Positions 9,530-19,326 of a stretch of DNA of 64,000 nucleotides are shown piece after piece. The notes under the pieces are model-generated. The model made no database searches and was not told the origin of the DNA. It saw only the letters and a list, made by a program, of their open reading frames with translations. The stretch's first letter is position 1; each line of letters begins with the position of its first letter. Made by a program: the position numbers and the translations under genes. The stretch is taken from NCBI GenBank assembly GCA_040079635.1, contig JBEBJY010000003.1:34566-98565 (forward strand), given 5' to 3'. The stretch comes from Burkholderiaceae bacterium (GTDB lineage Bacteria; Pseudomonadota; Gammaproteobacteria; Burkholderiales; Burkholderiaceae_C).

Positions 9530-10548
9530 GCACGCCAAAAGCAAACTTAGAGATACTGCCGCGCGGCGTGCAAATCGCACTGGGCTTGGGCTTGGTCGCC
9601 CTGCTCGCCTTCCCGTGGGTAGGAACAGACTTTTACACGCAAATGGTGACGCGCATGCTCATCATGGCAATATTTGCCATGAGCTTGGACTTGCTGCAAG
9701 GCGTTACCGGCCTAGTGTCATTAGGGCATGCCGCGTATTTTGGCTTAGCTGGTTATGCCTTGGCTTTTTTAATGCCGCAAGATGCTGCAGTCAGCCTGTG
9801 GTGGACATTGCCTGTGGCCGTGTTGGCATCTGCCTTTGCCGCTTTGATCATCGGGTTTTTTGTGGTGCGTACCCATGGTATTTACTTCATCATGGTGACG
9901 ATGGCATTTGCTCAGATGGTGTTTTTCTTGTTTTTTGACAATAAGGTGCTGGGTGGCTCGGATGGACTTTACATCAACTTCAAACCCAGTGCACAGGTCC
10001 TAGGATTTACCCTATTCGACTTAGACAACAAAATCACTTTTTACTACGTCACACTTGCTTTTGCCTTGCTTGTCTATGCATTCTTAAGACGATTGCTGTG
10101 GAGTCCTTTAGGCCGCGCATTATCAGGCATCCGCATCAATGAGCATCGCATGCGTGCTATGGGATTTGGCACCTTTGGCTACAAACTGACTGCATTTACC
10201 ATCGCCGGTGGTCTGGCTGGCTTAGCGGGCTACTTGTGGGGGGCGCAAAGTGGCTATATCAACCCAGAATTGATGGGTTTTCACATGAGCGCACACGCCA
10301 TCATGATGGTGATTTTAGGGGGCATGGGTAACTTTGCCGGTGCATTTGTAGGCGCATTCACTTTTGACTACGTATTACATGTATTGAAGGACTTGCCAAG
10401 CGTTCAGCTCTTCGGCAAGGACATCAACCTGGGCAAACACTGGCAACTGTGGATGGGAAGCTTCATCGTTCTCGTTATCATCTTTGCACCGCGTGGTTTG
10501 ATGGGCTTGGCAGAACGCTTTTTGCAAAAGAAAGCAAACTCAAAATGA
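9526..10548 (+). CDS. Branched-chain amino acid ABC transporter permease (LivM-like)
   Basis: 340 aa hydrophobic permease. It is translationally coupled to both neighbours. Confidence 0.85.
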   Translation: MSTPKANLEILPRGVQIALGLGLVALLAFPWVGTDFYTQMVTRMLIMAIFAMSLDLLQGVTGLVSLGHAAYFGLAGYALAFLMPQDAAVSLWWTLPVAVLASAFAALIIGFFVVRTHGIYFIMVTMAFAQMVFFLFFDNKVLGGSDGLYINFKPSAQVLGFTLFDLDNKITFYYVTLAFALLVYAFLRRLLWSPLGRALSGIRINEHRMRAMGFGTFGYKLTAFTIAGGLAGLAGYLWGAQSGYINPELMGFHMSAHAIMMVILGGMGNFAGAFVGAFTFDYVLHVLKDLPSVQLFGKDINLGKHWQLWMGSFIVLVIIFAPRGLMGLAERFLQKKANSK

Positions 10549-11318
10549 CTGATTTACTCTTATCTGCCAAGAATCTGACTAAGCACTTTGGTGGTTTAGC
10601 TGCTGTGAACGATGTGTCGATTGATTTGTTCAAAGGCCAAATTCACGCCGTGATTGGCCCCAACGGTGCGGGAAAATCAACACTCACAAACTTGGTTTCA
10701 GGGGATTTGGCGTTGACGTCAGGCAGCATTCAACTGAATGGACACGACGTTACAGGCTGGCATGCCGAGAAAATATCACGACAAGGCTTGGGGCGAAGTT
10801 TTCAAAAAACCAATGTGTTTTTACCCCTCACTGTTTGGGAAAACGTGCGCTTAGCAGCACAGTCTCGCGACATACAGCAGCCTTGGAATCCGCTGATTTG
10901 GTTTCAAAGCACACAAAACGCTACGCAATCAATAGCAGCTCAGGCAATAACCGCAAAGGCTATAGAGCTTTGCAAGCTTGAAAATCGCATGCATGCTGTT
11001 GCTGGAACCATCAGCCATGGCGAGCAACGTCAGTTAGAGATTGCGATGACTTTAGCGACCCAACCACAAGTTTTGCTGCTGGATGAGCCCTTGGCGGGTA
11101 TGGGCGTGGCAGAAGCGGAACGCATGATTGAACTACTGCATACTTTGAAAAGAGACCATGCCATGCTGTTAGTTGAGCATGATATGGACGCCGTGTTTGC
11201 ACTAGCAGACAAGCTCACAGTGATGGTCAACGGGCAAGTGATTGCTAGCGACATTCCAAGCCGAGTGCGAGCAGACGTCAAAGTGCAAGCAGCTTATTTA
11301 GGTGAAGAACATGTCTGA
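10545..11318 (+). CDS. ABC transporter ATP-binding protein (LivG-like)
   Basis: Walker A GPNGAGKST, signature HGEQRQLEIA, Walker B LLLDEP. The start at MTDLLL (10545) overlaps the LivM-like stop (ATGA). Confidence 0.85.
   Translation: MTDLLLSAKNLTKHFGGLAAVNDVSIDLFKGQIHAVIGPNGAGKSTLTNLVSGDLALTSGSIQLNGHDVTGWHAEKISRQGLGRSFQKTNVFLPLTVWENVRLAAQSRDIQQPWNPLIWFQSTQNATQSIAAQAITAKAIELCKLENRMHAVAGTISHGEQRQLEIAMTLATQPQVLLLDEPLAGMGVAEAERMIELLHTLKRDHAMLLVEHDMDAVFALADKLTVMVNGQVIASDIPSRVRADVKVQAAYLGEEHV
10918..10968 (+). repeat. Dispersed 50-bp element-like segment in frame inside the LivG-like ATPase
   Basis: gctacgcaatcaatagcagctcaggcaataaccgcaaaggctatagagc. It shares a 17-mer, aatagcagctcaggcaa, with the gcvT copy. 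Translated as ATQSIAAQAITAKAIE. Confidence 0.65.
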
Positions 11319-12048
11319 TCTGCTCATAGACGCAAAAGGTCTGAACACCCATTATGGTGCTAGCCATATCCTGCAAGGCATTGATTTTTCAGTGGCACGT
11401 GGCGAAACGATCGGGCTGATGGGGCGCAACGGTATGGGCAAAAGCACACTGCTTAAAAGCATTATGGGTTTGGTCAAACCAAGTTCTGGGGTTGTCGCCG
11501 TTATGGGTCAAGATATGACAGGCGCGCCGCCTTACAAAATTGCACAACTTGGTGTGGCTTATGTCCCTGAAGGACGTGGTATTTTCGGCAATTTAAGTGT
11601 CACTGAGAACCTGAAAATGACAGCTCGTGCAGGGAAATCTGCAGCAGCCAAAATGCGCGCCCAAAAACAACAAGACTGGAACTATGAACGCGTATTGGAA
11701 ACTTTTCCGCGCTTAAAAGAGCGATTAAATCACGGCGGACAACAACTTTCTGGCGGTGAGCAACAAATGCTGACCATCGGCCGCGCTTTGATGACCAATC
11801 CAGACATACTAATTTTGGATGAAGCCACCGAAGGTTTAGCGCCTTTGATTGCGAAAGAGATATGGCGCATTTGCGGCGTGATTCGCGAATCTGGCATCAG
11901 TAGCATCATTGTGGATAAAAACTGGAAGCACGTGACGCAAATCACAGACCGCAATGTTATTTTGGTGAAAGGGCAAGTCGTTTTTGAAGGTAGCTCTGCA
12001 CAGCTACTCGCTCAGCCTGAGATTTTGCAACAACACCTTGGTGTTTAA
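11311..12048 (+). CDS. ABC transporter ATP-binding protein (LivF-like)
   Basis: Walker A GRNGMGKST, signature LSGGEQQML, Walker B LILDEATEGL. I chose the ATG at 11311; a GTG at 11302 is the alternative. Confidence 0.85.
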   Translation: MSDLLIDAKGLNTHYGASHILQGIDFSVARGETIGLMGRNGMGKSTLLKSIMGLVKPSSGVVAVMGQDMTGAPPYKIAQLGVAYVPEGRGIFGNLSVTENLKMTARAGKSAAAKMRAQKQQDWNYERVLETFPRLKERLNHGGQQLSGGEQQMLTIGRALMTNPDILILDEATEGLAPLIAKEIWRICGVIRESGISSIIVDKNWKHVTQITDRNVILVKGQVVFEGSSAQLLAQPEILQQHLGV

Positions 12049-12075
12049 ACTTTTGTAGCTCTATCAGGCCAAGAA

Positions 12076-12504
12076 TCAGGTATAGATTTTTTGCAATAGA
12101 CGCATCAGTGTTTTACGCTCGGTAGCCGTCAACTTCGAAGCCGCATCGTCTTCCAGATCTTTTGCTGTTTGTTCCGCTTCTTTCATCAACTTTATACCAA
12201 TTTCAGACAAATGCAGACCAATAACACGGCCATCGCTTGGGTGGGGTTTGCGCAATATCAGTTCACGCTTTTCCAAAGTATTGATCATGCCAACCAAGTT
12301 TGGCGGCAAAATATTTAACTCAGAACATAGCTGACGTGAACTGATACCAGGATTGTGCGTTATCAAGGATAAAACCGAAAAATCAACAGGCCGCAAGTCG
12401 TAAACAGCCATTCGCTTCAGAAAAAGACCAATAATTTCTACGGCGGCACGGCGTGCGTTGTAACCTAATAATGATTCTAGATAACTGGTGTCAATTTTTT
12501 CCAC
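12076..12504 (-). CDS. MarR-family transcriptional regulator
   Basis: 142 aa with a MarR wHTH pattern (FSVLSLITHNPGISSRQLCSELNILPPNLVGMINTLEKRELILR). Confidence 0.8.
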   Translation of the reverse strand: MEKIDTSYLESLLGYNARRAAVEIIGLFLKRMAVYDLRPVDFSVLSLITHNPGISSRQLCSELNILPPNLVGMINTLEKRELILRKPHPSDGRVIGLHLSEIGIKLMKEAEQTAKDLEDDAASKLTATERKTLMRLLQKIYT

Positions 12505-12530
12505 GCTGGTTTTATTCTTTCGGTTGACGT

Positions 12531-14294
12531 TTATTGACAGCTAAAATTTGCTGCTTCCTCAATACTACCATTGCCTTTATATTTTGCGACCGAGGGATAG
12601 GCACACAAAGGACGCGTACGTGTAGGCGACCACTCTTTTGGAAGTTCCGCATTCACGCCACCAGCATTGTCCACACCGCGAACTGACGCGACAATTGAGT
12701 CTGGTGCAACTCCCTGCTCTACCCATTTAACCAATGGCGTTAGTGCATCAAATTGATCTGCTGCTGGCCCAGCGCTGCAATGACTCATACCTGGAACAGA
12801 AAAGTGGCGCACGATGTTGCCACTGTTTGGCACGTTGCTAGCTACCCGGTCAACCCAAGCGCGGGTGTCTAATTCTGAAAACACGGCATCGCTCACACCA
12901 TGGTAAGTCAGCATCTTAGCGCCGCGTTTTTGCAGCGTACCCATGTAGCTTGGCTTGTCATAACCAACAGGACTCATGGTTTCATCTGAACTCGACGCAA
13001 AGCCGTTAGGTTTGCTGTAAATGGCTGCATGCAATTCATCATAATTCTTATCAAATGCTTTGACAGTTCGCACATCGCCCGCAAAGATAAAACTGAGAGC
13101 GCCAGGGTCCAAAGCTTGTGCATTTTGATATTTCCAAGCCGCCCAGTTGGCCGCGCTGATACCCGCATCAAAGGGAAAATTTGCATAAAAGGGTTTGCCA
13201 TCTGATGCTTTTCCACCGGCAAATACTTTAGCAACGGTGGTCTTCTGCAAATTGCTTAAACATTTGCCATCGCGTCCTGCGGTGCAAGTCGGAACGTCAC
13301 GAACAACATCAAATGCTTTTTGGCATGCAGCAACGTTTTGCACCAATCCGTCTTTTGCTCCATCCAGTGCATCGCACTTGTCCAAAATAGCATTCGCGAC
13401 AATTTGGCGGTCTTGGGCGTTAAAGCCAAGGCTGATATCTGGAAGTTTGACAGTAGGCGCAAAAGGATGAGTCAAACTAGATGATGCTAATGGTGTCTCA
13501 GGAGAGAGGTCTTTCCACTGTGCAGATCCCCACACCTGTGCCAGAGCTGCTTGAGGCAAACGATAGCCAGGCGCACCGACTAAATAGCCATCGTATTGAT
13601 CTGCATAACGAGATGCCGCGACCATGCTATGTCGCCCACCGTTCGAGCAACCACCAATATATGATCGATCCGGGGCTTTGCCGTAAGCCGCAACAATCAA
13701 ACCTTTCGCCATAGGTGTTAACTTACCAACCGCGCCATACCCGTAGTTTTGTCTTGCCTCAGGGTCCGCACCGAATGACGGATTTTGACTACCGTTATGG
13801 CCAGCATCGGAGCTGATAACTGCAAACCCTTGATGCAACGCACCCGTCAACGGTCCGCCACCTAATGCACCAAGTGCTGGTTGTACAACGCCATCTAAAC
13901 CGCCATTGACTTGGTGATAAAAGCGCCCGTTCCATTGCGTTGGCAAGCGCATTTCAAAACCAATGGCGTAATCTTTACCGTCAACACCTTTGCGCTCATC
14001 CATGACACCCTTGACCAAGCAATGTTCTGGGGCATCGTAGGCTGTTTTGGGTGCAGTAGGTGCGCCGCCCATGGCAACAGCACCAGCGGCGACTGGTACG
14101 CTGCTAGTGATGCGAAGTTTGTCGTATTTGAACTTTGCGATGATGTCAACGCAATTACCCGACATAGCTGCAGGCTTAGCAGCACTTAGAGGTAGTGATT
14201 GTGCGGCATCTTGCTGCCCACCTAAATGTGAGCACGCTGAAAAGAGCGCCACACTGGCAACTCCTACTGAAAAAGTTGCTAGCGTGGCTTTCAT
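12531..14294 (-). CDS. Tannase/feruloyl-esterase family serine hydrolase, predicted lipoprotein
   Basis: 587 aa. It has a lipobox (LFSAC), the nucleophile motif GGCSNGG, and a C-terminal PGMSHCS. Together these form the CS...HC arrangement characteristic of the tannase/FaeB/MHETase family. Confidence 0.75.
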   Translation of the reverse strand: MKATLATFSVGVASVALFSACSHLGGQQDAAQSLPLSAAKPAAMSGNCVDIIAKFKYDKLRITSSVPVAAGAVAMGGAPTAPKTAYDAPEHCLVKGVMDERKGVDGKDYAIGFEMRLPTQWNGRFYHQVNGGLDGVVQPALGALGGGPLTGALHQGFAVISSDAGHNGSQNPSFGADPEARQNYGYGAVGKLTPMAKGLIVAAYGKAPDRSYIGGCSNGGRHSMVAASRYADQYDGYLVGAPGYRLPQAALAQVWGSAQWKDLSPETPLASSSLTHPFAPTVKLPDISLGFNAQDRQIVANAILDKCDALDGAKDGLVQNVAACQKAFDVVRDVPTCTAGRDGKCLSNLQKTTVAKVFAGGKASDGKPFYANFPFDAGISAANWAAWKYQNAQALDPGALSFIFAGDVRTVKAFDKNYDELHAAIYSKPNGFASSSDETMSPVGYDKPSYMGTLQKRGAKMLTYHGVSDAVFSELDTRAWVDRVASNVPNSGNIVRHFSVPGMSHCSAGPAADQFDALTPLVKWVEQGVAPDSIVASVRGVDNAGGVNAELPKEWSPTRTRPLCAYPSVAKYKGNGSIEEAANFSCQ

Positions 14295-14368
14295 TTACTT
14301 GTCTCCAAACTTAAAATTTTATTTATTCAATTTCTTTTACTAAATAGCCACTAGGTGCCTATTTGTGA

Positions 14369-15364
14369 TTACGCGTCAACTGTAAAACCAATACGCTTGA
14401 TCAGCGGACCCCAGCGCTCTAACTCCACTTGCGAGCTCTTTAACTGCTCAGCTGGTGTGCCACCATAAGGAATCAAACCCACTACTTGGAATGAGTCCTG
14501 TACCGATTTGTCTTTCAACGCTGCGTTGATAGCTGCATTTGCAGCTGCCACGACGTTAGCTGGTGTTTTAGCTGGTGCGTAGAAACCGAACCATTCTTCC
14601 ACTGTCAACTCTGGGAAACCTTGCTCAGCAAATGTTGCCACCTCTGGTACAAATGGTGAACGTGTCTTGCCTGAAGTTGCCAAAATACGCATCTTGCCAG
14701 CTTTGTGATTTGCCAAGAAGTCACCATGCGGTGTAACCATGGCCGCAATTTGACCACCCACAACGTCTGTCACACCTGGCACAGAGCCACGGTATGGCAC
14801 ATGCTTCAAATCGACATTGTTATTCAAGCCCAACAACGCGCCAATGAAGTGCGGAGTTGAACCGGCCGCAGGTGAGCCATAGCTGGCTTGTGCTGGATTA
14901 GCCTTCGCCCATGCCAAAAACTCTTTCACTGTTTTGACAGTTGCAGGAACCATTGGTCCCACAGCCAAACCATGGTGAATCATGGAGCTGGTTCCCACAG
15001 GAGTGAAATCTTCAAACGGCTTGTATTGCAAGTTTTTAAAGATGTGTGGGTACAGCGAAATGGCAGAAAACGGTGTCATTGCCAAGACTGAACCATCCGC
15101 AGGTGCACTCTTCAACAAATTCAAAGCGATTTGCCCACCAGCTCCTGGTTTACTGTCAATCACACCAGCATTTTTTGTGTAGCCAGAGCCTGCAAATTTT
15201 TCTGCCACGCGACGTGCGCAAATGTCACCTGCGCTACCTGGTGGAAAGCCATAGAGCACTTTGACTTGCTCTATCGGCATAGCAGATTGCGCAAAGGCTG
15301 ATGGGTTTAAAGCAGCCGTGATGGCCGCGACCATACTGGCTTGGGTAAAAATTCTACGATCCAT
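14369..15364 (-). CDS. Bug/TctC-family (tripartite tricarboxylate transporter) periplasmic binding protein
   Basis: 331 aa with a signal peptide and typical Bug motifs (PGGSAGD-like PPGSAGD, VPYRGS). Confidence 0.85.
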   Translation of the reverse strand: MDRRIFTQASMVAAITAALNPSAFAQSAMPIEQVKVLYGFPPGSAGDICARRVAEKFAGSGYTKNAGVIDSKPGAGGQIALNLLKSAPADGSVLAMTPFSAISLYPHIFKNLQYKPFEDFTPVGTSSMIHHGLAVGPMVPATVKTVKEFLAWAKANPAQASYGSPAAGSTPHFIGALLGLNNNVDLKHVPYRGSVPGVTDVVGGQIAAMVTPHGDFLANHKAGKMRILATSGKTRSPFVPEVATFAEQGFPELTVEEWFGFYAPAKTPANVVAAANAAINAALKDKSVQDSFQVVGLIPYGGTPAEQLKSSQVELERWGPLIKRIGFTVDA

Positions 15365-15417
15365 GCTGAGTCTCCTTTAGTTAACAAAAAAATAAAACTG
15401 AAAACAATAATTTGAAA

Positions 15418-17313
15418 TCAGGGTTTGAGAATATTTAACGCTGTATCTGCATAAAGCGATGACACCAATTCTGCTCGCTCCTTCAAAACCGCTCGCTGGT
15501 TGATACTGCCTTTGTCGGTAATCTCACCCTTGTCAATATTTGGCGGCTCAGTCAAGACAACTGCTCGCGCTACTCGACTAGCAGAACCAGTAGCTGACTT
15601 TGCCAATTCTGTGATCATGGCAGCCATGGCAGATTGCATTTTTTCGTGTTGAGCAATATCGCGCATCGTTGCACTATCAGGCAAACCAAATGCTTTTCTA
15701 CACGGTATGAGTGCAGGAATAATCAATGCGCCCACCTCTTTTTCATTCAAACCGGTGATCACGACATCTTGAATATAGGGCGCACCTGCGGCTGTGATTT
15801 TGGCGCGCATGGGGCCTACGCTGACAAAAGTTCCAGTGGAAAGCTTGAAGTCTTCCGCAATACGCCCATCAAACTTCAAACCTTTGTGATGGTCTGCTTC
15901 GTCAATCCATTTCACGGCATCACCTGTGCAGAAAAAACCTTCTTCATCAAAGCACTCGTTTGTGGCTTCTGAGTTTCGCCAATAGCCAGGCGTGATGTTC
16001 GGCCCCTTGTAGCGTACCTCCACCTTATCGCCGCAAGGTACAAGTTTCAATGTCAAACCCGAACATGGCAAACCTAAATCACCAGACTTCACGTTTGGAT
16101 TGGTGACAAAAAGTCCAAATGGAGAGCTTTCCGTCATACCCAAACCAGTCGTCATGACGATACGATGACCGATTTCTTTTTCAGCACTTTCAAACAGACT
16201 ATCCCAGATGGGCTGCGCCAGCGATGCCCCCGCGTAAAAAAACATTCTGCAACGTGACAGCAATGATTTACGCAACTGCCTACCATCTTCGTCATCCACT
16301 TTCATGGCTGCAGCGACGTATTCAAAACCTGTTGGTACGTTCAAATACATGGTAGGTGAAATTTCACGCAGATTCTTCAAAGTCTCGCCAATCAACGCGG
16401 GCACAGGCTTGCCATCGTCAATGTACATCGTGCCGCCGTGGTGCAAAATCAAATTAAAGTCATGGTTACCACCAAAAGTATGATTCCACGGCGTCCAATC
16501 AACCAACACCAAAGGGTCTTCAGCCATGGCAGGAATGGATTGGCTGATTTGCTGCACATTGGCGCAAATCATTTTTTGTGTATTGATAACGCCTTTTGGC
16601 AATTTGGTTGAGCCACTGGTGAACAAAAACTTAACCACAGTATCATGCCCAGTAGCAGCAACAGCCTGCGCCACTTGTGGTGTAATTTCAGTTGACAAGA
16701 GGTCGTTAAAATTAATGCACTTTTTGACTGTAGCCTGCGTATTTATTGCCTGATTAGCTATATTATTTGCAGCAAAAACCATGTCTGATTTTCCTACAAA
16801 AGCTATGGCTTTGGCGTATTTTTCTGCATCACTGGCATACACAAAACCAGGTGTGATGGTGTCAAAAATATGTTTGAGCTTTTCAAAATCTTGGCTGAGC
16901 AAACTATACGCAGTAGATACGCTGCAATAAGGCACGCCCACAGTTATAGCCGCGATTGCAATAAGTGCATGCTCCAAGCTGTTTTCGCTCAAAATTGCAA
17001 CGGGTCGATCAACACTTAAACCCATATCGAGCAAAGATTGACCGATACGCTGAGCTTTGTCCCAAGCTTGTGCGTAACTGATATGCACCCATTCACGCGT
17101 CACAGGGTCACGTCTAGCCATCCACGTGCGGTCTGGTCGGTGCTTTGCCCAGTGAATGAGTCGATCTGTCAATCGCGTTTCATACGGTTCTAAATCATTT
17201 TCAGCGCGAAGGTAGGTGTTATCACCAACTTTAGAAACAACAGCACGCGTCACGCCATACTTAAAGTCGCGGTAGATGGGTTGTTTAGGTTGTGATGAAG
17301 ATGTTGTCGTCAT
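15418..17313 (-). CDS. AMP-dependent acyl-CoA synthetase, feruloyl-CoA synthetase (Fcs)-like
   Basis: 631 aa with the AMP-binding motif TSGSTKLPKG. The long N-terminus (YRDF..LRAENDLEPYETRLTDRLIHWA) resembles Fcs-type hydroxycinnamate-CoA ligases. Confidence 0.6.
   Translation of the reverse strand: MTTTSSSQPKQPIYRDFKYGVTRAVVSKVGDNTYLRAENDLEPYETRLTDRLIHWAKHRPDRTWMARRDPVTREWVHISYAQAWDKAQRIGQSLLDMGLSVDRPVAILSENSLEHALIAIAAITVGVPYCSVSTAYSLLSQDFEKLKHIFDTITPGFVYASDAEKYAKAIAFVGKSDMVFAANNIANQAINTQATVKKCINFNDLLSTEITPQVAQAVAATGHDTVVKFLFTSGSTKLPKGVINTQKMICANVQQISQSIPAMAEDPLVLVDWTPWNHTFGGNHDFNLILHHGGTMYIDDGKPVPALIGETLKNLREISPTMYLNVPTGFEYVAAAMKVDDEDGRQLRKSLLSRCRMFFYAGASLAQPIWDSLFESAEKEIGHRIVMTTGLGMTESSPFGLFVTNPNVKSGDLGLPCSGLTLKLVPCGDKVEVRYKGPNITPGYWRNSEATNECFDEEGFFCTGDAVKWIDEADHHKGLKFDGRIAEDFKLSTGTFVSVGPMRAKITAAGAPYIQDVVITGLNEKEVGALIIPALIPCRKAFGLPDSATMRDIAQHEKMQSAMAAMITELAKSATGSASRVARAVVLTEPPNIDKGEITDKGSINQRAVLKERAELVSSLYADTALNILKP
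16726..16773 (-). repeat. Dispersed 50-bp element in frame inside the CoA-ligase gene
   Basis: gactgtagcctgcgtatttattgcctgattagctatattatttgcagc, translated as AANNIANQAINTQATV. Confidence 0.85.
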
Positions 17314-17385
17314 TGCCGTAGTTCAATCATGAATGAGTCACGTCGCTATTAAATGTCACTATTCCAGAAATTATTCTTCGAGTAG

Positions 17386-18183
17386 TTATTCCACTTTGAC
17401 TTTGCCAGCTTTGCCATCCAAAAATGCTTTCACGCGCGCTTTTGCTTCAGGAGCGCTTTGGGCAATCGCCGCCATCATAGATTCAGTGAAAAAGCCGTGG
17501 TCTGCGTTTTGTTCTGCGATACGAGGCAGTGCATGCATCAACGCGTAATTGGTCAAAGGTGCGTTTTGCGCAATACGCTTGGCAATTTCCATGGCTTTTT
17601 CAAAAGCTTGCCCTTTAGGAACCAAATATTGCGCCAAGCCAACTTTTTCGCCCTCAACCGCGTTATATACACGGCCTGTAAACATCATGTCAGCCATGCG
17701 TGCCGCACCAATCAATTTTGGAATACGCACCGAGCCGCCGCCGCCTACAAAAATGCCACGGCTGCCCTCTGGCAGTGCATAAAAAGTGGTTTCATCTGCC
17801 ACGCGAATATGGCATGTCGTCGCTAGCTCCAAGCCGCCGCCCACCACCGCACCGTGTAATGCGGCTACTACGGGCACGGGGCCGAATTGCACTTTATCAA
17901 GTGCCACAGTCCAACTGCGTGAATGCATCAAGCCTTGACCCGCATCGCGTTCTTGCAGTTCGCTCAAATCAAGCCCAGCGCAAAAGTGATCGCCCTCGCC
18001 TGCAAGGACTGCAGCACGGACTGTACTGGGGAGATTTTCGAATACGTTTTTGATCGCAGCCATCAAACCATCGTTGATGGCATTACGCTTGCTTGGGCGC
18101 GTCAAACGAATCACAGCAATTTCTTGCGAGTCGCCAGTGATTTCTAAAGATATCAAATCGGTGGTTGCTTTATGGTTGGTCAT
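17386..18183 (-). CDS. Enoyl-CoA hydratase/isomerase (crotonase) family protein
   Basis: 265 aa with crotonase motifs (RLTRPSKRNAI, GEGDHFCAGLDL, ALHGAVVGGGLELA). It is the first gene of the minus-strand operon. Confidence 0.8.
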   Translation of the reverse strand: MTNHKATTDLISLEITGDSQEIAVIRLTRPSKRNAINDGLMAAIKNVFENLPSTVRAAVLAGEGDHFCAGLDLSELQERDAGQGLMHSRSWTVALDKVQFGPVPVVAALHGAVVGGGLELATTCHIRVADETTFYALPEGSRGIFVGGGGSVRIPKLIGAARMADMMFTGRVYNAVEGEKVGLAQYLVPKGQAFEKAMEIAKRIAQNAPLTNYALMHALPRIAEQNADHGFFTESMMAAIAQSAPEAKARVKAFLDGKAGKVKVE

Positions 18184-18388
18184 GGTTTAAGTTGCAGACT
18201 TAGTTGTATTGTTAGTTGTATTCTGTAGGTATCACTGAAAAATCTTGTGCTACTTTTAAATTTCTTGCATAATCGAATTATGGTTATGTTTCATAATCAA
18301 TTCAAGCCAATTTTGCACAGATTTATAAGTGTTTACCCTAGATCTTGTTTAACTTTTCGTCTGCTTACTCATCTTTTAAGGAGCTTTC

Positions 18389-19252
18389 ATGGATCATAAA
18401 AACCTAGTCGCCATCGACATTCATACTCATGCTGAAGTAAGTTGCTGGAATCCGTTTGACAATTACGGCGAAGAGTACGACAAGGCTGCCGACAAGTACT
18501 TTAAAAATGGAAAGCGCCCAACTATTGCAGAAACCATCGCCTACTACCGCGAACGCAAAATCGGTTTGATCATGTTCACCGTGGACGCAGAATCAAAAAT
18601 GGGACGCCGCCGCATCCCCAACGAAGAAATCGCTGAAGCTGCGAAGAACAATTCAGACATGATGATGGCCTTTGCCAGCATAGACCCGCACAAAGGGAAA
18701 ATGGGCGCGCGAGAGGCACGACGTTTGATTGAAGAATTTGGCGTCAAAGGCTTCAAATTTCACCCTACCGTACAAGGCTATCACCCTTACGACCGCATGG
18801 CTTGGCCGATTTATGAAGTGATTGCTGAGCACAAATTGCCCGCCATTTTCCACACCGGCCACAGCGGCATTGGTAGCGGCATGCGCTGCGGTGGCGGCTT
18901 GAAGTTGGAATACAGCAACCCTATGCACTTGGATGATGTGGCGATCGACTTCCCCGACATGCAAATCGTCATGGCGCACCCCAGCTTTCCGTGGCAAGAC
19001 GAGGCATTGAGTGTAGCGACGCACAAGCCGAACGTTTGGATTGACCTCTCAGGCTGGAGCCCAAAATACTTCCCCAAGCAATTAGTGCAATACGCCAATA
19101 CGCTCTTGAAAGACCGCATTTTGTTCGGTTCCGACTATCCACTCATCACGCCAGACCGCTGGATGAAAGACTTTGAAGAAGCGGGTTTCAAGCCTGAAGT
19201 GATGCCCGGTATTCTGAAAGATAATGCGGTTAGATTGCTAGGGCTGAAGTAA
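18389..19252 (+). CDS. Amidohydrolase-2 (PF04909-like) family metal-dependent hydrolase/decarboxylase
   Basis: 287 aa with AIDIHTHAE, FHP, HTGHSG, MAHPSFPW and GSDYP motifs. Confidence 0.75.
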   Translation: MDHKNLVAIDIHTHAEVSCWNPFDNYGEEYDKAADKYFKNGKRPTIAETIAYYRERKIGLIMFTVDAESKMGRRRIPNEEIAEAAKNNSDMMMAFASIDPHKGKMGAREARRLIEEFGVKGFKFHPTVQGYHPYDRMAWPIYEVIAEHKLPAIFHTGHSGIGSGMRCGGGLKLEYSNPMHLDDVAIDFPDMQIVMAHPSFPWQDEALSVATHKPNVWIDLSGWSPKYFPKQLVQYANTLLKDRILFGSDYPLITPDRWMKDFEEAGFKPEVMPGILKDNAVRLLGLK

Positions 19253-19326
19253 ACCCTGCGACAAGTATTTACCTAAATACAGGGGTATTTTGATCATCTG
19301 CCAAAGTTCAAAGGTATGATGATCAC

